NCBI GenBank assembly: GCA_951406725.2
Contig: OX597814.1
Coordinates: 48,918,001-48,982,000, forward strand
DNA: 64,000 bases
From: Octopus vulgaris
Lineage: Eukaryota
Direction of reading: 5' to 3'
The notes under the pieces are model-generated. The model was not told the DNA's origin. It worked only from the letters and a program-made list of their open reading frames with translations, and made no database searches. The position numbers were made by a program, and so were the translations under genes. Position 1 is the stretch's first letter. Every line of letters begins with the position of its first letter. Shown in pieces: positions 53,360-64,000 of the stretch.

Positions 53360-54559
53360 CTGGAAAAAAAAAAAGTGAAAACAACTCTTGAGACATATGT
53401 AAACTGGCAGCATGAATGTCATGTCTTATCCACCTGTCTCTTATGAAATACAGCAAATTGGAAACAGAATCAGTAGTGTGTCAGTCAAAATATCTAATAG
53501 TATTTGGCTAAATCCCTTTACATTCTATGTTCAAATCAGGTTGACTTTGCCTTTAATTCTCCTGAGGTTCATAAAATAAACACTGGAGATCATGAAATCA
53601 CTTGTGCCTTTAGGTGCCCCAGTATGGCCATAATTCACTGACTGAAACTAGTCGAAGAAAACAGTGTCTGTCTAAGCAACGACACACAATTTAAAATAGA
53701 CATAATAGCAGTCCCAGCATGTCTACGACGTGAAGATATAGACTGTGACACACATAGTAGGGGAAAAAAGTTAAACTTTCTAAGATTCAGAGTGGTTAAA
53801 ACAAATAAAGCCCAGAGTCAGATGGATGTTCCAATTACAACAAGTAAATTTTAGGATAGCCCTTGGGTTCGTTGGAGCTAATTCCTCAACAGGTGAATGA
53901 ACAGAAAAACAAAACAGTGCGTCCTGACAGGAATTACATTTGACAGCTAATAGCGAAATACAAGTTAAGATTCTACAATGATATTAGTAATATACAAACA
54001 TTAGTAAAGCACCCATTTTAGCTCATTTTATAATTAAGAATTCTTAAAGCAATCATTTCCAAAGGAAATAAACCGAATTTTCATAAATACATCCCTCTTC
54101 TAAAATAGGGGGGGTGCAAACTTGAAAAACAATAAACACCCTCCGTCACGCAAACACACGCGCGCATATACATACCAACACAGGCACACGAGTTATGTCC
54201 CTTGTACCTATAGGACGGTCGCCCAAATTATCTGATGTTTACAAAACAGCGCGTGGCACTAACTTTCAATCACTAAACTAAATTAATATAATAAACACGT
54301 GAACATCGAAATATATGAAGAACTGGTTTTATTTTTCAACATTTACAATGTTTTCCTATGTAGGTATCTATGAAAAGGGAGAGTGTGTGTGTGCGTGCGC
54401 TATATATATAATTTTATGCACTTCGTTCATACAAATGAGTAGAAGTAAATATTTTCGAAATAGTACTCAATACACAGTAAATCTCACACATACACACACA
54501 CACACACATTCACCAGCTTTTCGATTTTTTGTGTTTTTAAGGACTTCTTTCGATTTATC

Positions 54560-55130
54560 AATGGTGAAATCGCCAGTTATGACATCAATTCAGTAGTCAA
54601 TAATTGATGTTACATGTGTATCAAAATTTGCGGGCATGTTCCCAAGCAAATTTTGAAAATAATCCTTCCACTTTTTCTGAGTGTTCCTGTGGGTGATTCT
54701 TAGCTTCAATTTGGACTTGTAGTTTTTCCGTCCACTTATTTCGTTTACTGTCTCCCAATCTTGTGGTGTCTGATTCTTTGCAGCCTGCTTAATTTGCTTA
54801 CATAGTTTTATAGTATAGGTCTACTTAGCTCTTTTTGTAGCTTTTTGAAACTGAATGCATTTGAAGGACTTGGATATATCATTTTAGTTTGAACTGCTTC
54901 TTTGAGATGTTTTCTCTTTATCACCTCTTGGTCATCCCAGGGAAGACGTTTATTAGTTCTTGGTTTTATAGGAATGATCTCTTTTGCAACTTCTGTGTGG
55001 GACGTTCCAAAATAAAGTATGCTGTGTTGGAGAAATGTTCTTCATTTTCATTTCATAGTAGCTCAAATCTGTTTCTAATTGCCTATGGTGTATTGATTGC
55101 AGATTTCTCTGTTGTTGGTTAAAACTGACC
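54560..55130 (-). mobile_element. LINE ORF2 inter-domain remnant (RTE-X-like)
   Basis: Manual translation HTEVAKEIIPIKPRTNKRLPW..WETVNEISGRK..KLK..QKKWKDYFQNLLGN. Confidence 0.6.
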
Positions 55131-55954
55131 AGTCATATACCAGAGGCTAAAAGGATTTGGTTTTGCTAACTCTAAAACTAAAGCAAAATTTTGATGTGAC
55201 AATTTTGTGGTTACTGCTCACTCTGTCAAAAGTATTGTAACATTATGTTTAAGGGGTGCTATTCACCCATTTCTAGTTGAACAGCATGTAATCTAGTTGG
55301 GTATTTGAGCCATTGGCATAGGTGAAGGTATACAGCCTGGAGGGTTTCTTTTAGAATTTGGCATTTAGACATAGATTTTCAAAAAAAAATTCAGTTACAT
55401 ATTAACCATTTATGGGCTTCAGATTTTTCAAAATGGGCATTCATATTACCTCCAGCTATGAAAACATTGTGCTTTGTTATTTGTCTCACTGATGAAGAGC
55501 CTAATAAAAATTGGAAACTTCATCATCTGCTGCATTCATTGAAGAACAGCAAGGTATGAGTGATGGTTCTGGATTTCCTTAATAACAGGCTATGTATTAT
55601 TCTTGTATGAATTTTCATTATGCAGTTCAGAGATTTGAGGGCAGGTGGGCTCTGTAGCATGGCTACACTACCAATGGTGGAACTAGTAGAATTTTCCCAA
55701 GCTGAGGCTGAGATGAAAGTCTGGCCTTTATTAGCATCGTTGTGTTTCAGTTCAACATCATCAAAATAAAGTTTGTGTTCTTGTACAACACAGATAACAT
55801 TGATTTTGTGCTTGGTGTACATGTATAAATTTATACACTTGTGCATACAAACATTATGTATGCATATATATATATAGGTATGTATAGCCTATAAATATTG
55901 AACAACGATCTATATTGCTGGTAAATGTTATACAAACATAATTAAATCATTATC

Positions 55955-56930
55955 CACAACAACAGCAGCAGCAATTAAAGTCTACTCTCCATGCCAACAT
56001 GAGTTGAATGGTTTGACAAGATTCAAGAAGCCAGGAGATGGTGTCATGCTCCAATGTCCATTTTGGCAAGGTTCTATGGCTGGATATCCTTCCTAACACC
56101 AACCTCCTTACAGAGTGAATTTTTTTTTTTTTTTTTGTGACACCAGCACTAGTGAGGTTACCTTGCGACTAAAAAGGCTCTAAAACTGAAGGAGAATCGG
56201 AGGAAGGATGTGATGATTCTAGATGATCTAGATGAGGTGATGAGAGAGGGAGAAGTGTGATGAAACTGATTTATAGTTGTTGAGAGGCCGGTAGAGGTGA
56301 AAGTAAGAGCAGACACTACTGGAGAAGGAAGAATAAAATGGACAGGGTTCAAGGAAGGGATTGACATCAAGAGTTAGTGAGAAAAGGAGTGGCAGAGTGG
56401 TAAGGGTGATGAGATGGGTTAAACAAAAGTGGATCTAAGACTCTCTCACTATAAAGGCAAGTGTGGACAGACAATTAGGGAAAGGGAACATTACAAAGAG
56501 AAAAAGAAATGAAGAACTGATAGGGTATTGAGGTGGCAGAGAAGCTATGAGGAAAGGAGAGTGAAAGAAAAAATAAAGAGAGTGATGAATGGCAGTGACC
56601 TAACAAGCTATGAGATGATAAAAATGGTGGAATGCTGATTGAAGTGAATGGGTAGCTGGATAGAAGGAAAATGAGCTGAGATAAAGTGATGAGGATGAAC
56701 CATTAGCCCCTCATACATAGCTTGGTGAAGGCTAGAGGGGGTAATGTGATGGAGGTTAGCAGAGCAGCCATTCAAAGTGTGGAAGCTTCATAGGTGGCAA
56801 GGAGATAAGAGAACATAGGTTAAGGGTGACAGAGAGATTAGATGATTGAAAGGAATAGAGAAATAGGTGGAAGGGTGAGGTGATCAACAGGTAGATAAGA
56901 GGTGGAGGTCAGGGTGCAGGAGTGAAGGCA
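55955..56930 (-). mobile_element. SINE type C degenerate copy plus ~750-bp purine-rich extension
   Basis: CCATGCCAACATGAGTTGAATGGTTTGAC..GCTGGATATCCTTCCTAACACCAACC, then a GA-rich tract 56180-56930. Confidence 0.55.
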
Positions 56931-57236
56931 AATATCATAATGATTTTTTAACATCTACTTCCTGTGCTTGCATGGGTCTTACAAGATATCAGAGCAGAGT
57001 ACTTTTACAGCTGGATGCTCTTCCTGATGCCAGCCCTCACCTGTGCACAAGCAAAGTAATATCTTCCAGTCTATAAATAACAGACCGCATATGGTTACAT
57101 GGAGAACTGGAAACAAATAAGACTGCTTGTATGAATCACAAGCCTTTGCTTACAACAGAATCATGCATGATATCAAGACATGCTTATCAAGAAACCTAGG
57201 ACAAGCTTATGCAATAGACTGCAAATGAACAATACC

Positions 57237-57468
57237 TATTTCTTTACTACCCACAAGGGGCTAAACACAGAGGGGACAAACAAGGACAGACAAACGGATT
57301 AAGTCGATTACATCAACCCCAGTGCGTAACTGGTACTTAATTTATCGACCCTGAAAAGATGAAAGGCAAGGTCAACCTTGGCGGAATTTGAACTCAGAAC
57401 GTAATGGCAGGCGAAATACGGCTACACATTTCACCCGGTGTGCTAACGTTTCTGCCGGCTCGCCACCT
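57237..57468 (-). mobile_element. SINE type A, full length with 22-bp TSD, CpG-decayed
   Basis: Flanked by TAGACTGCAAATGAACAATACC (57215-57236) and TAGATTGCAAATGAACAATACC (57469-57490). Confidence 0.92.
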
Positions 57469-57994
57469 TAGATTGCAAATGAACAATACCATCTGCATGA
57501 ACAGTTAGGCCTTTATTTACAATCAGTGAACACATGCCAAGACACAGGAAAACAAGTACTCACACAAATGAAAATTTACACACATACACATATGTACATG
57601 CACACACACACATAACAATTTCCATGTTATTTTCATTCACAAGGTATATGTCAAAACACAGCAAGTAGTAAAGGACACTGGTCAACAGTATCCATGCAGA
57701 AAGATCGAAACCTTAACCAAATTGTTCCAAAGTGAATATCTTAAGCACATTGCCATGTCTATGCCTAATATATACATAAATACATACATACCTATAAATT
57801 ACAAAAACACACACATGCATTCACATATAGATATGTGTACATGATAATTGCCTCATCTCCTCAGATGATAGCCACTTCACATTCAGTCTGATTGTTCTGA
57901 TTTACTTACATCTTTGCATGAGCAAGGACTTTATAAACTACAAAGCAGACTAAGAAATTGAGTAAATAGTGAGACATCTGAATGCCATTGGATT

Positions 57995-58530
57995 TATGGG
58001 GGTGGGCTGAAAAGCTCAGAGGCTGACCATGAGAGAGTGATGCAAGAGCTGTGAAAGTTTGCATACATTAATTTCAACCCTTCTTATTAATAACAGCATT
58101 GTTTCTTTCCAGGTAAATTGACATCTGACTGTTCAAAGAAGACTTCAAAAGTAACTAGTAGCGACATCTCTTGAAAACAGACAAAATATGGCATCATGGT
58201 GTTTTCAAGTACCTGCAGAAAAAGGGTTTAGTCACCAAGGACTTACATGAGGATGATGCTTCAATTTTGTCAACAGTACAAAAGTGGGCAGAGGAATTTA
58301 GGAGGGGAAGGGACAGTCTTAAAGCTGACCTATCATCCAAACATCATACAACTGCCACCACTGAAGAAAACATTGATCATGTTCACTACAGGCAATTGAC
58401 TAAAAATCAAATAGTCAATGCTGTGTGCATATCTTGTGAAAGAGTTGAGAATATTCTGCACAATAAACTTTGCATGATGATGGTTTCGGCTCGGTGGGTA
58501 CCACATCTTCTGATTCCTGATCAAAAGCAG
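57995..58530 (+). mobile_element. Mariner transposon 5' remnant
   Basis: ORF 58171-58623: HTH region STVQKWAEEFRRGRDSL..TEENIDHV..ILHNKL..VSARWVPHLL (mariner WVPHxL motif). TIR-like GGGGTGGGCTGAAAAG upstream. Confidence 0.85.
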
Positions 58531-58858
58531 CTTAATTTAATTCATCCTCAGTTGAAAGACACCTGTTGTTTTCATATACATTCGCTTGCTTTCTTCAAAG
58601 GAATTTATTGGCTCTTAGCTTAGATTTTCTTGGGGCCAGCCAGATTGGAGCAGTCTTGAGTGTAACCAGCTGAAACTGCTGAGATAATCTAAAACTCAAC
58701 TGAGGATAGAAAGCTCCGAATGACCTGTCCTGGTTTTTTCCTGTCCTTTTTAGTATCATCTATCAGGATGTTTTGTTGTCACCTGTTATGTTCTTGTTCC
58801 ATTTTTTGTTTTCTTTTTTATTTATATATATATATATATATAAAAAAAAAAATTAAAA

Positions 58859-59094
58859 AAAAAGCACCATCCGAACGTGGCCGATGCCAGACCCCTCTGG
58901 CACCTGTGCAGGTGGCACGTAAAAAACACCCACTACACTCGCGGAGTGGTTGGCGTTAGGAAGGGCATCCAGCTGTAGAAACACTGCCAGACTAGACTGG
59001 AGCCTGGGGCAGTCCCTAGCTCCCCAGACCCCGGTCGAAACCGTCCAACCCGTGCTAGCGCGGAAAACGGACGTTAAACGATGATGATGATGAT
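58859..59094 (+). mobile_element. SINE type C, young copy
   Basis: AAAAAGCACCATCCG..TTGGCGTTAGGAAGGGCATCCAGCTGTAG..GGACGTTAAACG(ATG)n, with CpGs intact. Confidence 0.9.
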
Positions 59095-59107
59095 ATATAT
59101 ATATATA

Positions 59108-59977
59108 TATGAGCTGACGTACCCAGTAATTCCTGGGAAGGTGGGGCTTATCACTTGGTTCCATTCTCATAATTGTTTCACTAATCTGATAACAACAATA
59201 CAAAGTATGTAGCCTTTAAAATGGTTTTTGTGCATTTACAGAGAATACCGAACTGTCTTACACAGGATCTTGTTTTTAGGAATTCCCAAAAAGGTATGAA
59301 TACCCAAATTGTGAAGTTATTTATGTAATAACATGAAATTAGTTACTCGATAGTAAGAATTCAAATAAAGTAGACCTGAAAAGGGTTTTAATGCATTCCC
59401 AGAGTATATAAAACATAGAAGAAAATACTAATAAGATATGTATATTAAAACCGTGAAGCATGTAACATAGTAACAGGCTAATCAGATATGAGATAATAAC
59501 AATTCAAAGTAAATAACTCTGAAAAGGGCTTTTGTGTGTTCCCAGAGAATATTACATTCAGGGGCACTAGTGTTGGTGTATTCATGAATAAGTAAGTCAC
59601 TAACCGAAATAAGTGGATCTATTGTTTAGGAAAATACTATATACTTGTTTAAGGGTTGTACTGGATAAATTGCGAAAATAACTCTAACAATTCAAATACT
59701 AAGAAATAAGCATACTCAATTTCATTTTTACCAAATAATTTAGAAAAATGAATGGGTTATTTACCTTGGTTTTTAAAATAAAATTAGATATATATAAGGA
59801 TCCCTTCCAGGTGCCCAATTATCGATTGTTTTCAACAATCTGAGTATGCCATGAGGTTTCCAGACATGAGTTCTACTCACATGTCAAGTTTCATCAAAAT
59901 CAATAAAAAGATGTAGGAGGAGTTAGCTAACAACTCCGCAAATATACCAGTAGATAGAATTTATCACACACACACAC
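59108..59977 (+). mobile_element. Putative decayed Helentron-like non-autonomous element
   Basis: Begins AGCTGACGTACCCAGTAATTCCTGGG (short hairpin) after a TA tract and ends with TGTCAAGTTTCATCAAAATC..GTAGGAGGAGTT..(CA)n, motifs reminiscent of DINE-1/HINE ends. Confidence 0.4.
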
Positions 59978-60219
59978 ATCATCATCATCATCATCATCAT
60001 TTAACGTCCGTTTTCCGCGCTAGCACGGGTTGGACGGTTTCGACCGGGGTCTGGGGAGCTCGGGACTGCCCCAGGCTCCAGTCTAGTCTGGCAGTGTTTC
60101 TACAGCTGGATGCCCTTCCTAACGCCAACCACTCCGCGAGTGTAGTGGGTGTTTTTTACGTGCCACCTGCACAGGTGCCAGAGGGGTCTGGCATCGGCCA
60201 CGTTCGGATGGTGCTTTTT
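59978..60219 (-). mobile_element. SINE type C, young copy, inverted relative to 58859-59094
   Basis: The reverse complement matches 58859-59094 with only two differences that I could see, plus tail length. Confidence 0.9.
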
Positions 60220-60221
60220 AT

Positions 60222-61166
60222 GGGGGGGGGGTGCAGAAATATAGGGGAGCACCAGTGGGAGGGATGGTTCAGAGGACAGGTACTAGGCAAGTAGAACGTA
60301 GGATACCGAGAGAGGGGTAATGCATGGTGAAATAGCGTATTGAAGAGGGGGCTTCAAATAGTAGACACCTATAATGGTGGTGGGGGGGTGCAGAAATATA
60401 GGGGAGCACCAGTGGTAGGGGGAGGTTCAGAGGACAGGTTCTAGGCAAGTAGAACGTAGGATATCGAGAGAGGGGTAATGCATGGTGAAATAGCGTATTG
60501 AAGAGGGGGGTTCAAAGAGTAGACACCTATAATGGTGGTGGGGGGTGCAGAAATATAGGGGAGCACCAGTGGGAGGGGTGGTTCAGAGGACAGGTTCTAG
60601 GCAAGTAGAACGTAGGATATCGAGAGAGGGGTAATGTATGGTGAAATAGCGTATTGAAGAGGGGGTTCAAAGAGTAGACACCTATAATGGTGGTGGGGGG
60701 ATGCAGAAATATAGGGGAGCACCAGTGGGAGGGGTGGTTCAGAGGACAGGTTCTAGGCAAGTAGAACGTAGGATATCGAGAGAGGGGTAATGCATGGTGA
60801 AATAGCGTATTGAAGAGGGGGGTTCAAAGAGTAGACACCTATAATGGTGGTGGGGGGGTGCAGAAATATAGGGGAGCACCAGTGGGAGGGGTGGTTCAGA
60901 GGACAGGTTCTAGGCAAGTAGAACGTAGGATATCGAGAGAGGGGTAATGCATGGTGAAATAGCGTATTGAAGAGGGGGTTCAAAGAGTAGACACCTATAA
61001 TGGTGGTGGGGGGTGCTGAAATATAGGGGAGCACCAGTGGGAGGGGTGGTTCAGAGGACAGGTTCTAGGCAAGTAGAACGTAGGATATCGAGAGAGGGGT
61101 AATGCATGGTGAAATAGCGTATTGAAGAGGGGGGTTCAAAGAGTAGACACCTATAATGGTGGTGGG
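60222..61166. repeat. G-rich tandem array, 6 x ~155-157 bp
   Basis: GC(A/T)GAAATATAGGGGAGCACCAGTGG recurs at 60233, 60390, 60547, 60703, 60860 and 61015. Confidence 0.97.
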
Positions 61167-61240
61167 AGAAACGACATCCGGTATAGTTGGAGCAAAATAG
61201 AGATATTCGGTATTGGTGGTGGGGGTGGGTAGGGCGGGCT

Positions 61241-64000
61241 CAGAATAATAATAATAATTAATAAATAGAAATACGGGATGAATTAAAGTTCAAGGATTTC
61301 TTATCTTCGGATCACTTCGTTTACGGACAGTCTTGGCAAAAGGAATTCGGAATCAAGAATGAGGCAGGATACTAGCTTAAGTATGCATAGGAGTCCAGAC
61401 AGACAATGTAAAAAGAGGGGGAGAGAAGGGCGCGAAGAATCAGCAGCCAATTTCTATCAGCCCTGTAAGGGAGAATAGATCTTAAATATCTATAACGATA
61501 ACTAGTGAATTATACAGAATATGCAAAAACGAGGCGAGGCTGAAATAGTAAACAGAGTGGCGTCTTGGGGGATCAGAATAATAATAATAATTAATAAATA
61601 GAAATACGGGATGAATTAAAGTTCAAGGATTTCTTATCTTGGGATCACTTCGTTTACGGACAGTCTTGGCAAAAGGAATTCGGAATCAAGAATGAGGCAG
61701 GATACTAGCTTAAGTATGCATAGGAGTCCAGACAGACAATGTAAAAAGAGGGGGAGAGAAGGGCGCGAAGAATCAGCAGCCAATTTCTATCAGCCCTGTA
61801 AGGGAGAATAGATCTTAAATATCTATAACGATAACTAGTGAATTATACAGAATATGCAAAAACGAGGCGAGGCTGAAATAGTAAACAGAGTGGCGTCTTG
61901 GGGGATCAGAATAATAATAATAATTAATAAATAGAAATACGGGATGAATTAAAGTTCAAGGATTTCTTATCTTGGGATCACTTCGTTTACGGACAGTCTT
62001 GGCAAAAGGAATTCGGAATCAAGAATGAGGCAGGATACTAGCTTAAGTATGCATAGGAGTCCAGACAGACAATGTAAAAGAGGGGGAGAGAAGGGCGCGA
62101 AGAATCAGCAGCCAATTTCTATCAGCCCTGTAAGGGAGAATAGATCTTAAATATCTATAACGATAACTAGTGAATTATACAGAATATGCAAAAACGAGGC
62201 GAGGCTGAAATAGTAAACAGAGTGGCGTCTTGGGGGATCAGAATAATAATAATAATTAATAAATAGAAATACGGGATGAATTAAAGTTCAAGGATTTCTT
62301 ATCTTGGGATCACTTCGTTTACGGACAGTCTTGGCAAAAGGAATTCGGAATCAAGAATGAGGCAGGATACTAGCTTAAGTATGCATAGGAGTCCAGACAG
62401 ACAATGTAAAAAGAGGGGGAGAGAAGGGCGCGAAGAATCAGCAGCCAATTTCTATCAGCCCTGTAAGGGAGAATAGATCTTAAATATCTATAACGATAAC
62501 TAGTGAATTATACAGAATATGCAAAAACGAGGCGAGGCTGAAATAGTAAACAGAGTGGCGTCTTGGGGGATCAGAATAATAATAATAATTAATAAATAGA
62601 AATACGGGATGAATTAAAGTTCAAGGATTTCTTATCTTGGGATCACTTCGTTTACGGACAGTCTTGGCAAAAGGAATTCGGAATCAAGAATGAGGCAGGA
62701 TACTAGCTTAAGTATGCATAGGAGTCCAGACAGACAATGTAAAAAGAGGGGGAGAGAAGGGCGCGAAGAATCAGCAGCCAATTTCTATCAGCCCTGTAAG
62801 GGAGAATAGATCTTAAATATCTATAACGATAACTAGTGAATTATACAGAATATGCAAAAACGAGGCGAGGCTGAAATAGTAAACAGAGTGGCGTCTTGGG
62901 GGATCAGAATAATAATAATAATTAATAAATAGAAATACGGGATGAATTAAAGTTCAAGGATTTCTTATCTTGGGATCACTTCGTTTACGGACAGTCTTGG
63001 CAAAAGGAATTCGGAATCAAGAATGAGGCAGGATACTAGCTTAAGTATGCATAGGAGTCCAGACAGACAATGTAAAAAGAGGGGGAGAGAAGGGCGCGAA
63101 GAATCAGCAGCCAATTTCTATCAGCCCTGTAAGGGAGAATAGATCTTAAATATCTATAACGATAACTAGTGAATTATACAGAATATGCAAAAACGAGGCG
63201 AGGCTGAAATAGTAAACAGAGTGGCGTCTTGGGGGATCAGAATAATAATAATAATTAATAAATAGAAATACGGGATGAATTAAAGTTCAAGGATTTCTTA
63301 TCTTGGGATCACTTCGTTTACGGACAGTCTTGGCAAAAGGAATTCGGAATCAAGAATGAGGCAGGATACTAGCTTAAGTATGCATAGGAGTCCAGACAGA
63401 CAATGTAAAAAGAGGGGGAGAGAAGGGCGCGAAGAATCAGCAGCCAATTTCTATCAGCCCTGTAAGGGAGAATAGATCTTAAATATCTATAACGATAACT
63501 AGTGAATTATACAGAATATGCAAAAACGAGGCGAGGCTGAAATAGTAAACAGAGTGGCGTCTTGGGGGATCAGAATAATAATAATAATTAATAAATATAA
63601 ATACGGGATGAATTAAAGTTCAAGGATTTCTTATCTTGGGATCACTTCGTTTACGGACAGTCTTGGCAAAAGGAATTCGGAATCAAGAATGAGGCAGGAT
63701 ACTAGCTTAAGTATGCATAGGAGTCCAGACAGACAATGTAAAAAGAGGGGGAGAGAAGGGCGCGAAGAATCAGCAGCCAATTTCTATCAGCCCTGTAAGG
63801 GAGAATAGATCTTAAATATCTATAACGATAACTAGTGAATTATACAGAATATGCAAAAACGAGGCGAGGCTGAAATAGTAAACAGAGTGGCGTCTTGGGG
63901 GATCAGAATAATAATAATAATTAATAAATAGAAATACGGGATGAATTAAAGTTCAAGGATTTCTTATCTTGGGATCACTTCGTTTACGGACAGTCTTGGC
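61241..64000. repeat. 333-bp satellite, 8 complete units plus a partial unit, running off the window end
   Basis: CAGAATAATAATAATAATTAATAAAT recurs at 61241, 61574, 61907, 62239, 62572, 62905, 63238, 63571 and 63904. Units are almost identical. Confidence 0.98.

Noticed and set aside
55489-55518. Hammerhead-ribozyme-like CTGATGA...GAAAC (Penelope-type)
   Set aside because: Stem II cannot pair (GAGCC has no complement before GAAAC) and no stems I/III were found. At most a dead relic.
58620-58810. Possible Penelope-like terminal repeat with a CTGAGGA..GAA core
   Set aside because: No complete hammerhead fold and no second copy in the window to define it.
60222-64000. CRISPR-like array or repeat-protein gene
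   Set aside because: Units are wholly repeated with no unique spacers, there are no cas genes and the context is eukaryotic. The 333-bp unit yields no ORF in the track, and the 157-bp ORFs shift frame each unit.

Overview
AT-rich, intron- and repeat-dense animal genomic DNA, not prokaryotic. The SINE families and microsatellite load suggest an octopod cephalopod (inference, no database search). Two host genes converge tail-to-tail. (1) On +, the last two coding exons of a divergent alpha-tubulin (15961-16101, 17876-17994) end in ...DEEQNEF*; I found no earlier exon in the preceding 16 kb. (2) On -, the last seven coding exons of a BRPF1/peregrin (Br140) homologue (53359 down to 40520) have consistent GT-AG phases and end in the PWWP domain. 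This gene has an intronic tRNA-Thr(TGT)-like gene and probably a multi-kb 3' UTR. The rest is a transposon graveyard: four SINE types, R4/Dong-like RLE LINE, CR1/L2, RTE and L1/Tx1 LINE remnants, a Gypsy gag remnant, mariner remnants, MITEs and Helentron-like elements. The window ends in two adjacent young tandem arrays (6 x ~157 bp; 8+ x 333 bp). The most notable observations are: a near-identical inverted SINE pair in the BRPF intron (dsRNA/ADAR candidate); a visible CpG-decay (gene-body methylation) footprint on SINE copies inside BRPF; a foldback element built from two mariner 3' ends; the atypical tubulin tail; and the twin satellite arrays. I cannot support a claim of a new multi-gene system from this sequence. 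Exon, TIR and TSD coordinates were read base by base, whereas repeat-remnant boundaries are approximate.
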